Source: an uncultured Desulfurococcales archaeon (lineage in GTDB: Archaea > Thermoproteota > Thermoprotei_A > Sulfolobales > WANQ01). Taken from it: 64,000 bases of DNA. Of the stretch, positions 25,785-35,202 are shown in pieces; the first letter of the stretch is position 1; the number at the start of each line of letters is the position of its first letter. Where the stretch lies: NCBI GenBank assembly GCA_964467535.1, contig CAYXRT010000002.1, positions 119,387-183,386 on the forward strand, in the 5' to 3' direction. The notes beneath the pieces were generated by a model. That model worked only from the letters and a program-made list of their open reading frames with translations, was not told the DNA's origin and made no database searches. The translations under genes and the position numbers were made by a program.

Positions 25785-28202
25785 CTAAGTCAGGGGTTTA
25801 ATTGTTATTGATCCTACTTTATTAGAGGGAGTTACCTCTAGGTACACTATTCGATAAATTCCCTTAACCCATAAGTTAAATTGATTATCATAACATATGC
25901 TTAGCGGATTTCCGCTATTACCTCCAGCAATTATGATTAGATCCTTATTAGATGATAAATCCGCTATAAACCTTAAACCAGGTCCTATATTAACATCAGT
26001 CCATGGAGCTACATTCACTGTGAACATTCCTCCATTAGCAGGTACCTTAGGTAAATTAAGGGAGTTTATCACTTCACCTAGTGGATGTTTAATGGAATAT
26101 TTATGAATCTTACCCCATTTCCAGTTGTTAACATCTCTCCCAAACTGCTGAATCAGGTGCTTAATTGCGTCTTTGAATGATTTTAACACTATTTCATCCA
26201 ATGTAGAATTAATCCATTTGTACATAGAGCTAGGTTTTTGAATTTCATTTCTCAAAACATACTCAGTTACCTCAAACCTTATGAATGTTTTATCATTTAT
26301 GCCTGCAGCATTTAATTCATCACTCCAAATATTGTAGTGGAGATAATATATGTAGTAGTAATAGATTGATGGCTGAGGAATATCTACTTTCATTTCATAA
26401 TTCCACTTCTCCAATAATTTAAGAGCCTTCTTCTCGATATCTGTTAACTTACCGATATTTTCTTCAAGTATTTTTAGTGTTAAATTTAATATTATTGGAG
26501 CTTCAGGTTCATAGATATCTAACTGAATAGCCATCATATCATCAAGTGTAAGTTTAAAGTCTTTATTAATTCGAGATTTGATTAAGTCATGTATTCTTTC
26601 AAATCTATACCTATCATGCCAATTCCATCCGATATAGTATTTATACTTAGAAATGTTTATAGGCATATTGTTTGCTGTTATAATGAATCCATTCTCAGGG
26701 TTAACTATTTTAGGAAGTTCATCGAAAGGTACGTAACCTATCCATTCACCTTCACATCTACTTCCATTGAATGGCAGGAAGCCGTAATTGATGATTCCAT
26801 TATACATAGCTTGAGTTCTGATGGGTATTAGACCAATAAGTTTGTAAGCTATATTACCATAGACATCTGCTACAAGCATATTTTGAGGTGGAGCTCCAAA
26901 GTATTTCATTGCATTAATTGCTTCTAGATAATTAGATGCCGTGTTAAGCTTATAAAATGCAATAAATTCTAGAGTTTTAGTTAATCCCGTCCATCTCAAG
27001 GCTAGACGAATATTATTGCGCTCTATAACTGGTCCATGAATCGTTTCTAGTACCTTCAAAATATACTTCTCTATACCCATAAATTTCCTGACTATTATTT
27101 CCTCATATCGAACTACAGCATTAATCCAAGTACCATTATAAAAGTACTTGTCTCCTTTCCAAACATAATAGTAAAAATCAACAACATCTACATTACTATT
27201 TGTGAAACCCCAAGCAATTTTCTCGTTACGTCCAATGATTATAAATGGTATTCCTGGAATTGTAACACCGTGAACCTTAAATTTACCTACAACTTCGATA
27301 ACCATTTCATACCATATAGGAGGTAAAGTTAATGGTAGATGAGGGTCATTGCATAAAATAGGGTTATTAGTTGCAGAAAGTTCACCTGAAATAACCCAAC
27401 TATTAGATAAAGCCTTCACAGAATACAATGAAGTATTTAATACTAATATAAGATCTAAACCGTGCTCTTCGCCATGCCGCTGAGTATCATGTATTATAGG
27501 TTTTGTTAATGGTCTTTTAATAAGCTTAAGCTCGTCTATTATTGAAGTACCATATATTTTAACCAACTGGTATAGATTTAAATCATTAAAGCTTCCTGAA
27601 AGAGTCCATGCCATTAATTTGCTAATAGCTATGGTATCCCAGGGTCTCCAACGCTCAGGCTTGTATCCAAGTAATCTAAACTCAAAGGGAAGGTCTCCTC
27701 GTTTAATAGCATTATCAATATAATCGTTGACGCCTTTACTAAAAGCTTTAAGAATTTCAGCATAAAATTTAAGGGTTCTATTCGACTTCATGTATTCATA
27801 TGTTGAAATAGCTATTTTTCGAATATTTAATATTCTAAAGAATTTATCGCTTTCTAACGCTTTTCCGCCTACAATAGCGCTTAAGTTACCAAGTGCCATC
27901 CTCCTAAGCAGGTCCATTTGCCATAGCCTATCATGGGCTTGAACATATCCAATAGCATAATATAAATCCATAACATTGTAGGCTTTAATGTAGGGTACAC
28001 CATTGGAATCCCAGTAAATGCATACTTCACTTTTAACGTTAGCTGATTTTATAGTTAAATGAGTATATAGTGATAATGCTGCTTGCGAATATAAGCCGTT
28101 CCAGGGATCTATAAGATAATTTATAAAATCAATTGTGCTAAGCATGAAAGCTAATATCAGTATAATTAAAATTAAAACTAAGTATTTTAACATACGCCTC
28201 AT
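25785..28202 (-). CDS. Penicillin acylase-family Ntn hydrolase (peptidase S45), membrane-anchored/secreted
   Basis: 805 aa. N-terminal hydrophobic anchor LKYLVLILIILILAFML. Family features AIGYVQAHDRLWQMD and the putative autoprocessing nucleophile context SNSWVISG. Confidence 0.8.
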   Translation of the reverse strand: MRRMLKYLVLILIILILAFMLSTIDFINYLIDPWNGLYSQAALSLYTHLTIKSANVKSEVCIYWDSNGVPYIKAYNVMDLYYAIGYVQAHDRLWQMDLLRRMALGNLSAIVGGKALESDKFFRILNIRKIAISTYEYMKSNRTLKFYAEILKAFSKGVNDYIDNAIKRGDLPFEFRLLGYKPERWRPWDTIAISKLMAWTLSGSFNDLNLYQLVKIYGTSIIDELKLIKRPLTKPIIHDTQRHGEEHGLDLILVLNTSLYSVKALSNSWVISGELSATNNPILCNDPHLPLTLPPIWYEMVIEVVGKFKVHGVTIPGIPFIIIGRNEKIAWGFTNSNVDVVDFYYYVWKGDKYFYNGTWINAVVRYEEIIVRKFMGIEKYILKVLETIHGPVIERNNIRLALRWTGLTKTLEFIAFYKLNTASNYLEAINAMKYFGAPPQNMLVADVYGNIAYKLIGLIPIRTQAMYNGIINYGFLPFNGSRCEGEWIGYVPFDELPKIVNPENGFIITANNMPINISKYKYYIGWNWHDRYRFERIHDLIKSRINKDFKLTLDDMMAIQLDIYEPEAPIILNLTLKILEENIGKLTDIEKKALKLLEKWNYEMKVDIPQPSIYYYYIYYLHYNIWSDELNAAGINDKTFIRFEVTEYVLRNEIQKPSSMYKWINSTLDEIVLKSFKDAIKHLIQQFGRDVNNWKWGKIHKYSIKHPLGEVINSLNLPKVPANGGMFTVNVAPWTDVNIGPGLRFIADLSSNKDLIIIAGGNSGNPLSICYDNQFNLWVKGIYRIVYLEVTPSNKVGSITIKPLT

Positions 28203-28270
28203 ATTACATCCGCTGAGTACTTAATAGTTCAACTGCATATAATAAGCTAACATCACTATAGTAAGTCTGG

Positions 28271-29221
28271 GTGCCACTAACCATAAGGATGAGGAGAAGT
28301 ACAATAACATTTCGAGTAGTAGTAATAATTAACTTACTCTCAGTTATACTAGCTTTCATGGCTACATACATAGCAGCATTTACAGTATCGCCGAAATTTG
28401 TATCAGTCTACTTAACTCCATTAATGTTTCTACTCTATACACCAATAGCTATCATCACCATCAAAACCTTGTATAAGGTTAAAGATAAGAAACCTACACT
28501 ACCATCAATGATTATAATAATGCTGCTAATATTCTTTATAATTCTTAGATGCCTTCAGAGATTAATGTTTTACAGATTAGGATATTATATGATTGAAAAA
28601 ATTCCAGGGTTTGTTCTACTAATGTTCTTGTCTCTATATTTTAAGTTAAATCCGAAATTAAATGGTCTATGTAGAGGTCTCTTAGCACCATATAATAAGA
28701 TTTTATGTTTGACTTGCTATGTACTACCTACTATACCATTATTGTTAATCGTAGCTACTAGAGCTAATGCAATACAGTATGGATTAAATCCTACACTCAG
28801 TTCCATTGGTTATTATACTGTTAATAGCTTTTTTGAAGAGCTTATGTTTAGGGGGCTTTTATTTACATGGCTTTCACTAAGCCATTTAGGAGTAATTTGG
28901 GGTGGTGTTATAGTTCAAGGAATATTATTCGGCATATGGCATATACCACATCATATAATAGCTTCTGAAATAACAGCAGCTACATTACACGTAATATATG
29001 CATGTGGCGTAGGTGTATTATATGGATTTATTAGAGCATTTACATCATCATTAATAATCCCCATAATACTTCATACAATATGGAATACATTAGCAACATT
29101 AACGGCATATGCAATAACATGGACAAAAGAGTACGTGATGATCATGGCTATTTCATATTTATCATCAATTATATTAAGTGGAGTAATATTCTTGAAAAGC
29201 TATAGGCCTACAACCAGCTAA
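28271..29221 (+). CDS. CPBP-family intramembrane glutamic endopeptidase (CAAX protease/Abi-like)
   Basis: 316 aa, polytopic. Motif 1 is FFEELMFRG, motif 2 is FGIWH, motif 3 is HTIWN. Confidence 0.8.
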   Translation: MPLTIRMRRSTITFRVVVIINLLSVILAFMATYIAAFTVSPKFVSVYLTPLMFLLYTPIAIITIKTLYKVKDKKPTLPSMIIIMLLIFFIILRCLQRLMFYRLGYYMIEKIPGFVLLMFLSLYFKLNPKLNGLCRGLLAPYNKILCLTCYVLPTIPLLLIVATRANAIQYGLNPTLSSIGYYTVNSFFEELMFRGLLFTWLSLSHLGVIWGGVIVQGILFGIWHIPHHIIASEITAATLHVIYACGVGVLYGFIRAFTSSLIIPIILHTIWNTLATLTAYAITWTKEYVMIMAISYLSSIILSGVIFLKSYRPTTS

Positions 29222-29230
29222 GCTTCTAAG

Positions 29231-29749
29231 CTAAGAACTATCTTGGGATTTACATTCGAATTTAACCTTAATATTCTTTAAAACACTTATAATATCAATT
29301 CCAGGATGAAAATGAATGTAGTTCATCCAACCCATAATCCCTCTAGTTAATGGAATATTAGCTCTAAGTGCATCTTTCATCATCTTGATATTGTCAACTA
29401 AATGTACTACTTTATCTACCTTATATACGATGTGAATAGAATTCCTTCTACCAACAATATATTTGTCTATTGGAATAAGCTTTGCTAAATACTTAAAAAA
29501 CTCTTCTTGACCTTCAAGACACCCTAAAATTGCCTCACCATAAATATAGATTAGCTTATAAAGGGGTATTTCGTCATATTTGTCATATACTACTAATAAT
29601 TCAAAAGTTCTACCTTCTTCAACCTCAGCATAACACGTTAAAATTAACTTAAAAATCCCGTTACTAGAGACAGCAAAAGGTATACCAACTTCGCTTATAA
29701 TGAGCTTCTCTTTAGCTATAGCTGGATATTTTAGGTAGAGCTTTAACAT
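29231..29749 (-). CDS. Hypothetical protein
   Basis: 172-aa ORF. No motif recognised. Confidence 0.45.
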   Translation of the reverse strand: MLKLYLKYPAIAKEKLIISEVGIPFAVSSNGIFKLILTCYAEVEEGRTFELLVVYDKYDEIPLYKLIYIYGEAILGCLEGQEEFFKYLAKLIPIDKYIVGRRNSIHIVYKVDKVVHLVDNIKMMKDALRANIPLTRGIMGWMNYIHFHPGIDIISVLKNIKVKFECKSQDSS

Positions 29750-29785
29750 AATATTAGATACCCAAATGTAGTAGGTAGGTATAAT

Positions 29786-30844
29786 ATGGTAAAAATCTTA
29801 ATTAAAGACGCAACGATAGTTACCTGTAACGATAAATTACCATTAATAAAGTCAGGTTACGTGTACATAGAAAACAATATAATAAAAGCCGTAGGCAAAG
29901 GATCACCTCCAGAGGAATATGAATTAGCCGAACTCATTATACCAGGTAAAGATAAAATTGTAATTCCTGGCCTAGTATCACCATTGACATGTTTGTCATT
30001 ATACCATGTAAGGTACAAGATACGTAATCTAGATGACATATACGGGTACATAGAAACTCTTTCAAGAAGTGATGCATATTATGCATCACTTTTGGCGTCA
30101 ATGGAGTCGTTAAAGATGGGAGTAACATCACTTGCTATAATCGATCCACATCTACATGAGGCTGGAGAAGCTATTGAGAAAGTAGGACTCAGAGGATATT
30201 TATTATATTCAAAATCATGTACTCGAGCTCTGGATTATATTAAGAACTTCTGGCACAATAGAAATAAGCAGTTTAAAGTGTATGGAGTAGCTTTTTCAGA
30301 GGATGAATACAAATTACTAAAAGACAAGGTAGATATAGTATACTCCTTCCATAATTATATTAATGGAGTAAAAGCGGTAATAGATCCTAAGGACACCAAT
30401 ATACCTCCAACCATATGGAAAATACTGCCCTCATATAGAGTTAAGGACTGGGATAAACAATCACTTATAGGAATAGGTATAGCTCCTGTCTACTCTATGA
30501 TGAGGATACTGAATCTAATGAAAGCATTGCATGCTATACCTTCCACAACTTTATTAAAGTATGCAACCATACTTCCATCAATATGTCTAGGTGAAGAGAA
30601 ATTAGGGGTAATAGATAAGGGATTCAAAGCTGATATAGTTATACTAGACTATAGCGAGCCTCCGGGCTGGCCTATACCAACAACCTTAGATTATATTATT
30701 GAAATATTGACATCAAATTTTCTAAAAGTTCATACAGTTATAATTAATGGTGAAGTGGTCTTAGACATGGGAGAACCATTGTATATAGGGGCAGACATCA
30801 TTAAAAAAGCTAAAGATAAATTAAGCAACCTAATTGATGAATAA
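29786..30844 (+). CDS. Amidohydrolase-superfamily protein (MTA/SAH-deaminase-like), apparently lacking the HxH metal site
   Basis: 352 aa. The N-terminal ILIKDATIVT...IIPGKDKIVIPGLVSPLTCLSLY aligns by eye with the family pattern ...PGLVNTHTH, but both His are absent. The C-terminal GVIDKGFKADIVILD is typical of the family. It is shorter than typical members. Confidence 0.55.
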   Translation: MVKILIKDATIVTCNDKLPLIKSGYVYIENNIIKAVGKGSPPEEYELAELIIPGKDKIVIPGLVSPLTCLSLYHVRYKIRNLDDIYGYIETLSRSDAYYASLLASMESLKMGVTSLAIIDPHLHEAGEAIEKVGLRGYLLYSKSCTRALDYIKNFWHNRNKQFKVYGVAFSEDEYKLLKDKVDIVYSFHNYINGVKAVIDPKDTNIPPTIWKILPSYRVKDWDKQSLIGIGIAPVYSMMRILNLMKALHAIPSTTLLKYATILPSICLGEEKLGVIDKGFKADIVILDYSEPPGWPIPTTLDYIIEILTSNFLKVHTVIINGEVVLDMGEPLYIGADIIKKAKDKLSNLIDE

Positions 30845-30856
30845 CGGCAACATCAG

Positions 30857-31303
30857 TTACATAATATACACCACTATACCATAATCCAAGGCTTCATAGA
30901 ATACATTTCTTCTAGCACTTAGCTCTAATCCCATAGAGTCATTACATAGGATTATATAATTATATAAGAAGTTACCAGGAGTTACTATCGTTAGATACTT
31001 AGATAATTCAATATCTATAACTCTTAATTCAAAATTTGATACCATTTCAATATCTTGGTTCCTTAAATCTATTCTCGGAATTTTCAGTGGCGATATTGGT
31101 TCATTAAAATCTATATAGCAATACCTCTTCTTACCTACAAGATAATCTCTATACTCCCTTATACTTGCCTGAACTTCAACTTCTCTTGGCCTAAACCATA
31201 TCCTCAGGTTACTTGATTTAATGCTTAATTCGTCAACTTGAACGTTAAGTTCAAGCCCCTTAGAATCTCTGCTCCATGCTACATATAAGATGCGATTACT
31301 CAA
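30857..31303 (-). CDS. Hypothetical protein
   Basis: 148-aa ORF. No motif recognised. Confidence 0.45.
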   Translation of the reverse strand: MSNRILYVAWSRDSKGLELNVQVDELSIKSSNLRIWFRPREVEVQASIREYRDYLVGKKRYCYIDFNEPISPLKIPRIDLRNQDIEMVSNFELRVIDIELSKYLTIVTPGNFLYNYIILCNDSMGLELSARRNVFYEALDYGIVVYIM

Positions 31304-31333
31304 ATTATGCTCCTCAAATACATTTACTTAGCT

Positions 31334-32035
31334 TTATTCTTCTTCATATGGTTTTTCTACTCCCTTTACTTCGCCTTTTACTATTTTAATAAAGGCTTCA
31401 ATCTCTTTAATGATATCCATAACTTCACCTGATTCTACGTGTCTTCCAGCACGTATTACTTCACCAATGTTTTCTTGAAGTGTTTTGTCTACATTTTCTA
31501 CCAATGGTACTCTAGCTCTCTCAACGACCATTGGTGAAGGATCTAATACTGCTGCTCTTATAAGAACTTCACCGTTTATAGGAGTAGCTATTGCTGCACC
31601 TACATTCTTCTCTCCAAGTCTTAACCAGTAAATGTGATCTCCAAGACGCGTTGCTATTACTTTCTCTATGGTATATTGCACTGCCCTCTTAAGAACCTCC
31701 TCAACCTTAGCTGTAATTTCCCTTATAGCTTTACTTATCTCTTCTTCAGGAACTCTACGGAATACCTCAAGTCGAAGTGAATCGTAGTCCCATTTTATTT
31801 TTCCGTCTTCAATATCATATGAAATTCTTACTCTAACGACATCACCTTTATCAATCCTTAACTTATCAACTAATATTTCATAGAGTATTCTGTTTAGTTC
31901 TCCTGCAGCTCTTGCAACTTCCTGTGCAGTTACTTCACCTTTTCTAATAGAGTCTTTTAGTTGTGCAAAGAGGGTTCTTCTAACCTTATCAGCGTAAGCA
32001 CCTGCAATAACTAAACCACTACTAAGCTGAGGCAC
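31334..32035 (-). CDS. Conserved-looking archaeal hypothetical protein
   Basis: The ORF is open to 32224, but its first ~60 codons are low-complexity and overlap the divergent gene. A GTG at 32035 preceded by TAAAAATA (32053-32060) gives a 233-aa product beginning PQLSSGLVIAGAYADKVRR. The start call is tentative. Confidence 0.5.
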   Translation of the reverse strand: MPQLSSGLVIAGAYADKVRRTLFAQLKDSIRKGEVTAQEVARAAGELNRILYEILVDKLRIDKGDVVRVRISYDIEDGKIKWDYDSLRLEVFRRVPEEEISKAIREITAKVEEVLKRAVQYTIEKVIATRLGDHIYWLRLGEKNVGAAIATPINGEVLIRAAVLDPSPMVVERARVPLVENVDKTLQENIGEVIRAGRHVESGEVMDIIKEIEAFIKIVKGEVKGVEKPYEEE

Positions 32036-32126
32036 TTTCCCACCTAAGTATGTATTTTTATGTAAGAACGCTATTAACCTTACTAAGAATAAACTAAGAA
32101 TATAGATGATAGATGAATGAGGGCTA

Positions 32127-32993
32127 TTGTGGATGGGTAAACTCCTTAGAGAAATAGCTAAGAGAGTCCTAGGAGAGGAAGAAGCTAAGCGTATATGGAA
32201 AAGAATAGAAATTATTGGAGACATTGCTATAATACGTAGGCCCTTTAATTATCCCATTGATAAACTTAAACTTGTAGCTCAAGAATTACTAAAAACTATA
32301 CCGAATATTAAGAGCGTTTGGTTAGCTACAAGTGAAGTAAAGACGGAATTTAGAATCAGGGAATATACGCATTTAGCGGGAGAGCTAAGAAGTGAAACAA
32401 TATATAAAGAACATGGTTGCTCATTTAAGTTGGATATAAGGAAGGTATATGTATCTCCAAGACTAAACTATGAACATGCGCGTATTGCTAAACTAGTTAA
32501 ACCAGGCGAAGTAATAATAAACATGTTTGCTGGCATAGGTACGTTCTCAATTATTATAGCTAAATACTCTAAACCACGAAAAATATACTCCATAGACATA
32601 AATCCTGATGCCTATAACTACATGGTTGAGAACGTTAAATTAAACAATGTTGAGGAGATAGTTAAGCCTATTTTAGGTGATGCCGCAAAGGTAATTATGG
32701 AAAGATTAACCAGTGTAGCTGACAGAGTAATAATGCCCTTGCCTGGACTATGCTATGAATATCTTGAATATGCGATTATGGGGTTAAAGAAGGGAATTAA
32801 GGGATATATACATGTATATGATTTTACCGAAGCTGATAAAGGCGAAGACCCTATAGCCAAGGTTAAAGAAAAATTTAGGGAAAAACTATCAGGGCTAGGT
32901 ATCAAGCATCACGTAATATTTAAACGTATTGTTAGAACTGTTGGACCTAGAAAATACCAGGTAGTGTTAGATATTGAGGTTCAGAAAACATGA
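32127..32993 (+). CDS. Met-10+ family tRNA methyltransferase (Trm5/Taw2-type)
   Basis: 288 aa. SAM-binding VIINMFAGIGTFSIIIA, DINPDAYNYMVENVKLNNV and the NLP-like MPLPG motif. Confidence 0.75.
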   Translation: MWMGKLLREIAKRVLGEEEAKRIWKRIEIIGDIAIIRRPFNYPIDKLKLVAQELLKTIPNIKSVWLATSEVKTEFRIREYTHLAGELRSETIYKEHGCSFKLDIRKVYVSPRLNYEHARIAKLVKPGEVIINMFAGIGTFSIIIAKYSKPRKIYSIDINPDAYNYMVENVKLNNVEEIVKPILGDAAKVIMERLTSVADRVIMPLPGLCYEYLEYAIMGLKKGIKGYIHVYDFTEADKGEDPIAKVKEKFREKLSGLGIKHHVIFKRIVRTVGPRKYQVVLDIEVQKT

Positions 32994-33000
32994 AACATGG

Positions 33001-34185
33001 TTATCTACGCCTTCTTCTCCTCTCCCTCTTCTCTTCAACAGCAACTTCATATGCTCGGACTCCTACGCCTATTAACTTTCTCATTATGGCATCAACGAAC
33101 TTTACATGGAAGCCTCTTTGACCCACAAAAGCTCCAAAAGCATCAGTTGAAACCTTAACAGCTAGATCAGGGCCTGCGAAATCTACATCAACTACATGTT
33201 TATAGATCCATGCAACGGGATGAACAGCTCTGATTAAATCCTTAAAGAAGTTCACATTAGCTAAATCTCTAAAGTCTAACCTAAGTTCTACGGCTCTAAG
33301 TCTAAGCTCAGTATCCTCCTCAATTTTTTCAATTCTTTCTCCACCTCTACCCACAAGTCTACCTAGATATCCTTCCTTAACAACTATTAATGCATCAGGT
33401 GTATGTTCGCTTGTTATTTCAAACTTCTTCTTTTCATCAACAAACTCTACAACTGTTATTATATTTGCATCAGGTGAATGAATCCTAGCGCTTTCGATTA
33501 TTTTCTTCTCGGATTCTGATAAACTACGACTCCTCATTCTAGCTTCAAGCAATAGCTTTATTCCTCGAAGAGCACCCGGTCTTACTATATCCTTTAGCCC
33601 TAAATCTACTACCTTAGCTTTTTCCTCACCTAATAACACTTCTCTAATGACAGATACTCCCTCTACACCTCTACGAGGATCTCTTTGGAATACAGGATCT
33701 CCAGCAACTATGAACTTGCTATTTCTACCAATTCTCATTAATACTTCTATAGCGCTTTCAGGCTCAATGCTTTGCGCATCATCTAGAAATACTATTGAGT
33801 CATCAAAGGTCCTACCCCTAAGGTAGTGCGTATCGGCAAATACCACTTTCCCTTGATCTATTAATTCCTCAACTTTACTCCACTCTATGAACCCTGTCAA
33901 AATATCCTTAGCATAGGCTGAGACAAGCTCTAAATATTGAGAACCTGCTTCAATTGTTGTTATTTCTCTTCCTGATACTACATCAACTATAGGTCTCGAA
34001 ATTATGAATCTCTTGTACTTTCCTTCTAAAACAGCATCTATTCCATATAGTATACTAAAGAGGCTCTTACCTGTACCTGTAGGACCAAATAAACCCACTA
34101 TTTCATAATCTCTACTCGTAAGTGCCTTAAGCATTTCTTCTTGACCAGGTCTAAGAGGCTTTAGCTTATTTAATAGCTCACCCAT
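33001..34185 (-). CDS. PhoH-like ATPase with C-terminal KH domain
   Basis: 394 aa. Walker A GLFGPTGTGKS, Walker B-like VFLDDAQ, KH signature GRLVGRGGERIEKIEE and an Arg-rich tail EEKRERRRRRR. Confidence 0.85.
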   Translation of the reverse strand: MGELLNKLKPLRPGQEEMLKALTSRDYEIVGLFGPTGTGKSLFSILYGIDAVLEGKYKRFIISRPIVDVVSGREITTIEAGSQYLELVSAYAKDILTGFIEWSKVEELIDQGKVVFADTHYLRGRTFDDSIVFLDDAQSIEPESAIEVLMRIGRNSKFIVAGDPVFQRDPRRGVEGVSVIREVLLGEEKAKVVDLGLKDIVRPGALRGIKLLLEARMRSRSLSESEKKIIESARIHSPDANIITVVEFVDEKKKFEITSEHTPDALIVVKEGYLGRLVGRGGERIEKIEEDTELRLRAVELRLDFRDLANVNFFKDLIRAVHPVAWIYKHVVDVDFAGPDLAVKVSTDAFGAFVGQRGFHVKFVDAIMRKLIGVGVRAYEVAVEEKRERRRRRR

Positions 34186-34202
34186 GATTTACACCCTCCT
34201 TA

Positions 34203-34793
34203 CTACGCTACTGATTTTAAGGCTTCTAGCAGTCTCTTAAGCCTTTCTTTACCTAGCAAGAGAGCCTTATTGGATATCTCTATTATTGATTTTAGATCTT
34301 CATAGCTTATAACAAGCTTTTCCTTTATTTTAAGCAGTGCAGCAAGCCTAATACCAGTTCTTAATTCTACGGTAATACCTTTTCTTGTGGCAGATAATAT
34401 GCCGCTGTGCTTAAATCCTGCTTGTCTAGCGATTTTTAAAATTCTAAAAGCTTCTTTCAATGATAACGTAGATACATGTATTATAGGCCCAACAACAACA
34501 AGCCACATCATATTAATAGCAGGCTGCTTAATCACGTCGATTACTTCACTTAATGAAATAGGTTTATGCTTTTTAAATAGAATGGTTGAATCCTTACGCT
34601 CCCAGGGATAAGGAGAATCTACAATTACGATCCTACCACTACAAGAACTAACAGTAAATGCTTGGGGTCTCTTAAAGATTTCTTCAAGAACCTCAACAAT
34701 GTCCTCATCTAGATACCCTATTTCTAAATCCTCTTTAAGCCTCATGTAGGCTTCTTCCTTTCTCTTCGACCATATCTTTTCATCAACTTTCAA
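34203..34793 (-). CDS. taw3: tRNA wyosine-derivative methyltransferase Taw3/TYW3
   Basis: 196 aa. The TYW3 hallmark SSCSGRI lies in FTVSSCSGRIVIVD. Confidence 0.75.
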   Translation of the reverse strand: MKVDEKIWSKRKEEAYMRLKEDLEIGYLDEDIVEVLEEIFKRPQAFTVSSCSGRIVIVDSPYPWERKDSTILFKKHKPISLSEVIDVIKQPAINMMWLVVVGPIIHVSTLSLKEAFRILKIARQAGFKHSGILSATRKGITVELRTGIRLAALLKIKEKLVISYEDLKSIIEISNKALLLGKERLKRLLEALKSVA

Positions 34794-34840
34794 TTTATCA
34801 ACTCCACTATCCCTTATTAAAATCCGAATTAATTAACCAG

Positions 34841-35202
34841 ATGGGGGTGGGATAATTTCCACTGAAATAAGTATTGAAGATTTCCAGAAAATAGATTTAA
34901 GGGTAGGTGTTGTTAAGGAAGCTGAGTTAATACCTGGAACAAGGTTATTGAGGCTAATTGTAGATCTAGGCTTTGAGGAAAGACAAATAATTGCAGGTCT
35001 AGGAGCTTGGTATAAACCCGAAGAACTCAAAGGACTTAAAGTAATCGTAGTAGTTAACTTAAAGCCTAAGAGAATAAGAGGATATGTAAGTCAGGGAATG
35101 ATCTTAGCAGCAGGTACTAAAGAGGATGTAGAGAAGGGGTTAAAGCCAGCCATACTAACTATAACGGGCAGTGATGTACCTCCAGGGACTAAAATATGCT
35201 AA
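34841..35202 (+). CDS. tRNA-binding domain protein (CsaA/Trbp111/EMAPII-like); start codon unresolved
   Basis: The frame opens at 34837 and reads ..ISIEDFQKIDLRVGVVKEAELIPGTRLLRLIVDLG..KPKRIRGYVSQGMILAA, a full tRNA-binding OB domain. The first canonical start (TTG 34948) would delete the conserved N-terminal third. The ATG at 34841 is one frame off, immediately before a G5 run. Confidence 0.6.

Noticed and set aside
31334-32224. Full 296-aa version of the minus-strand ORF
   Set aside because: The first ~60 codons are low-complexity (S/L/I/H-rich) and overlap the divergent Met-10+ gene by ~100 nt. An internal GTG with an upstream TATA-like box gives a cleaner gene.
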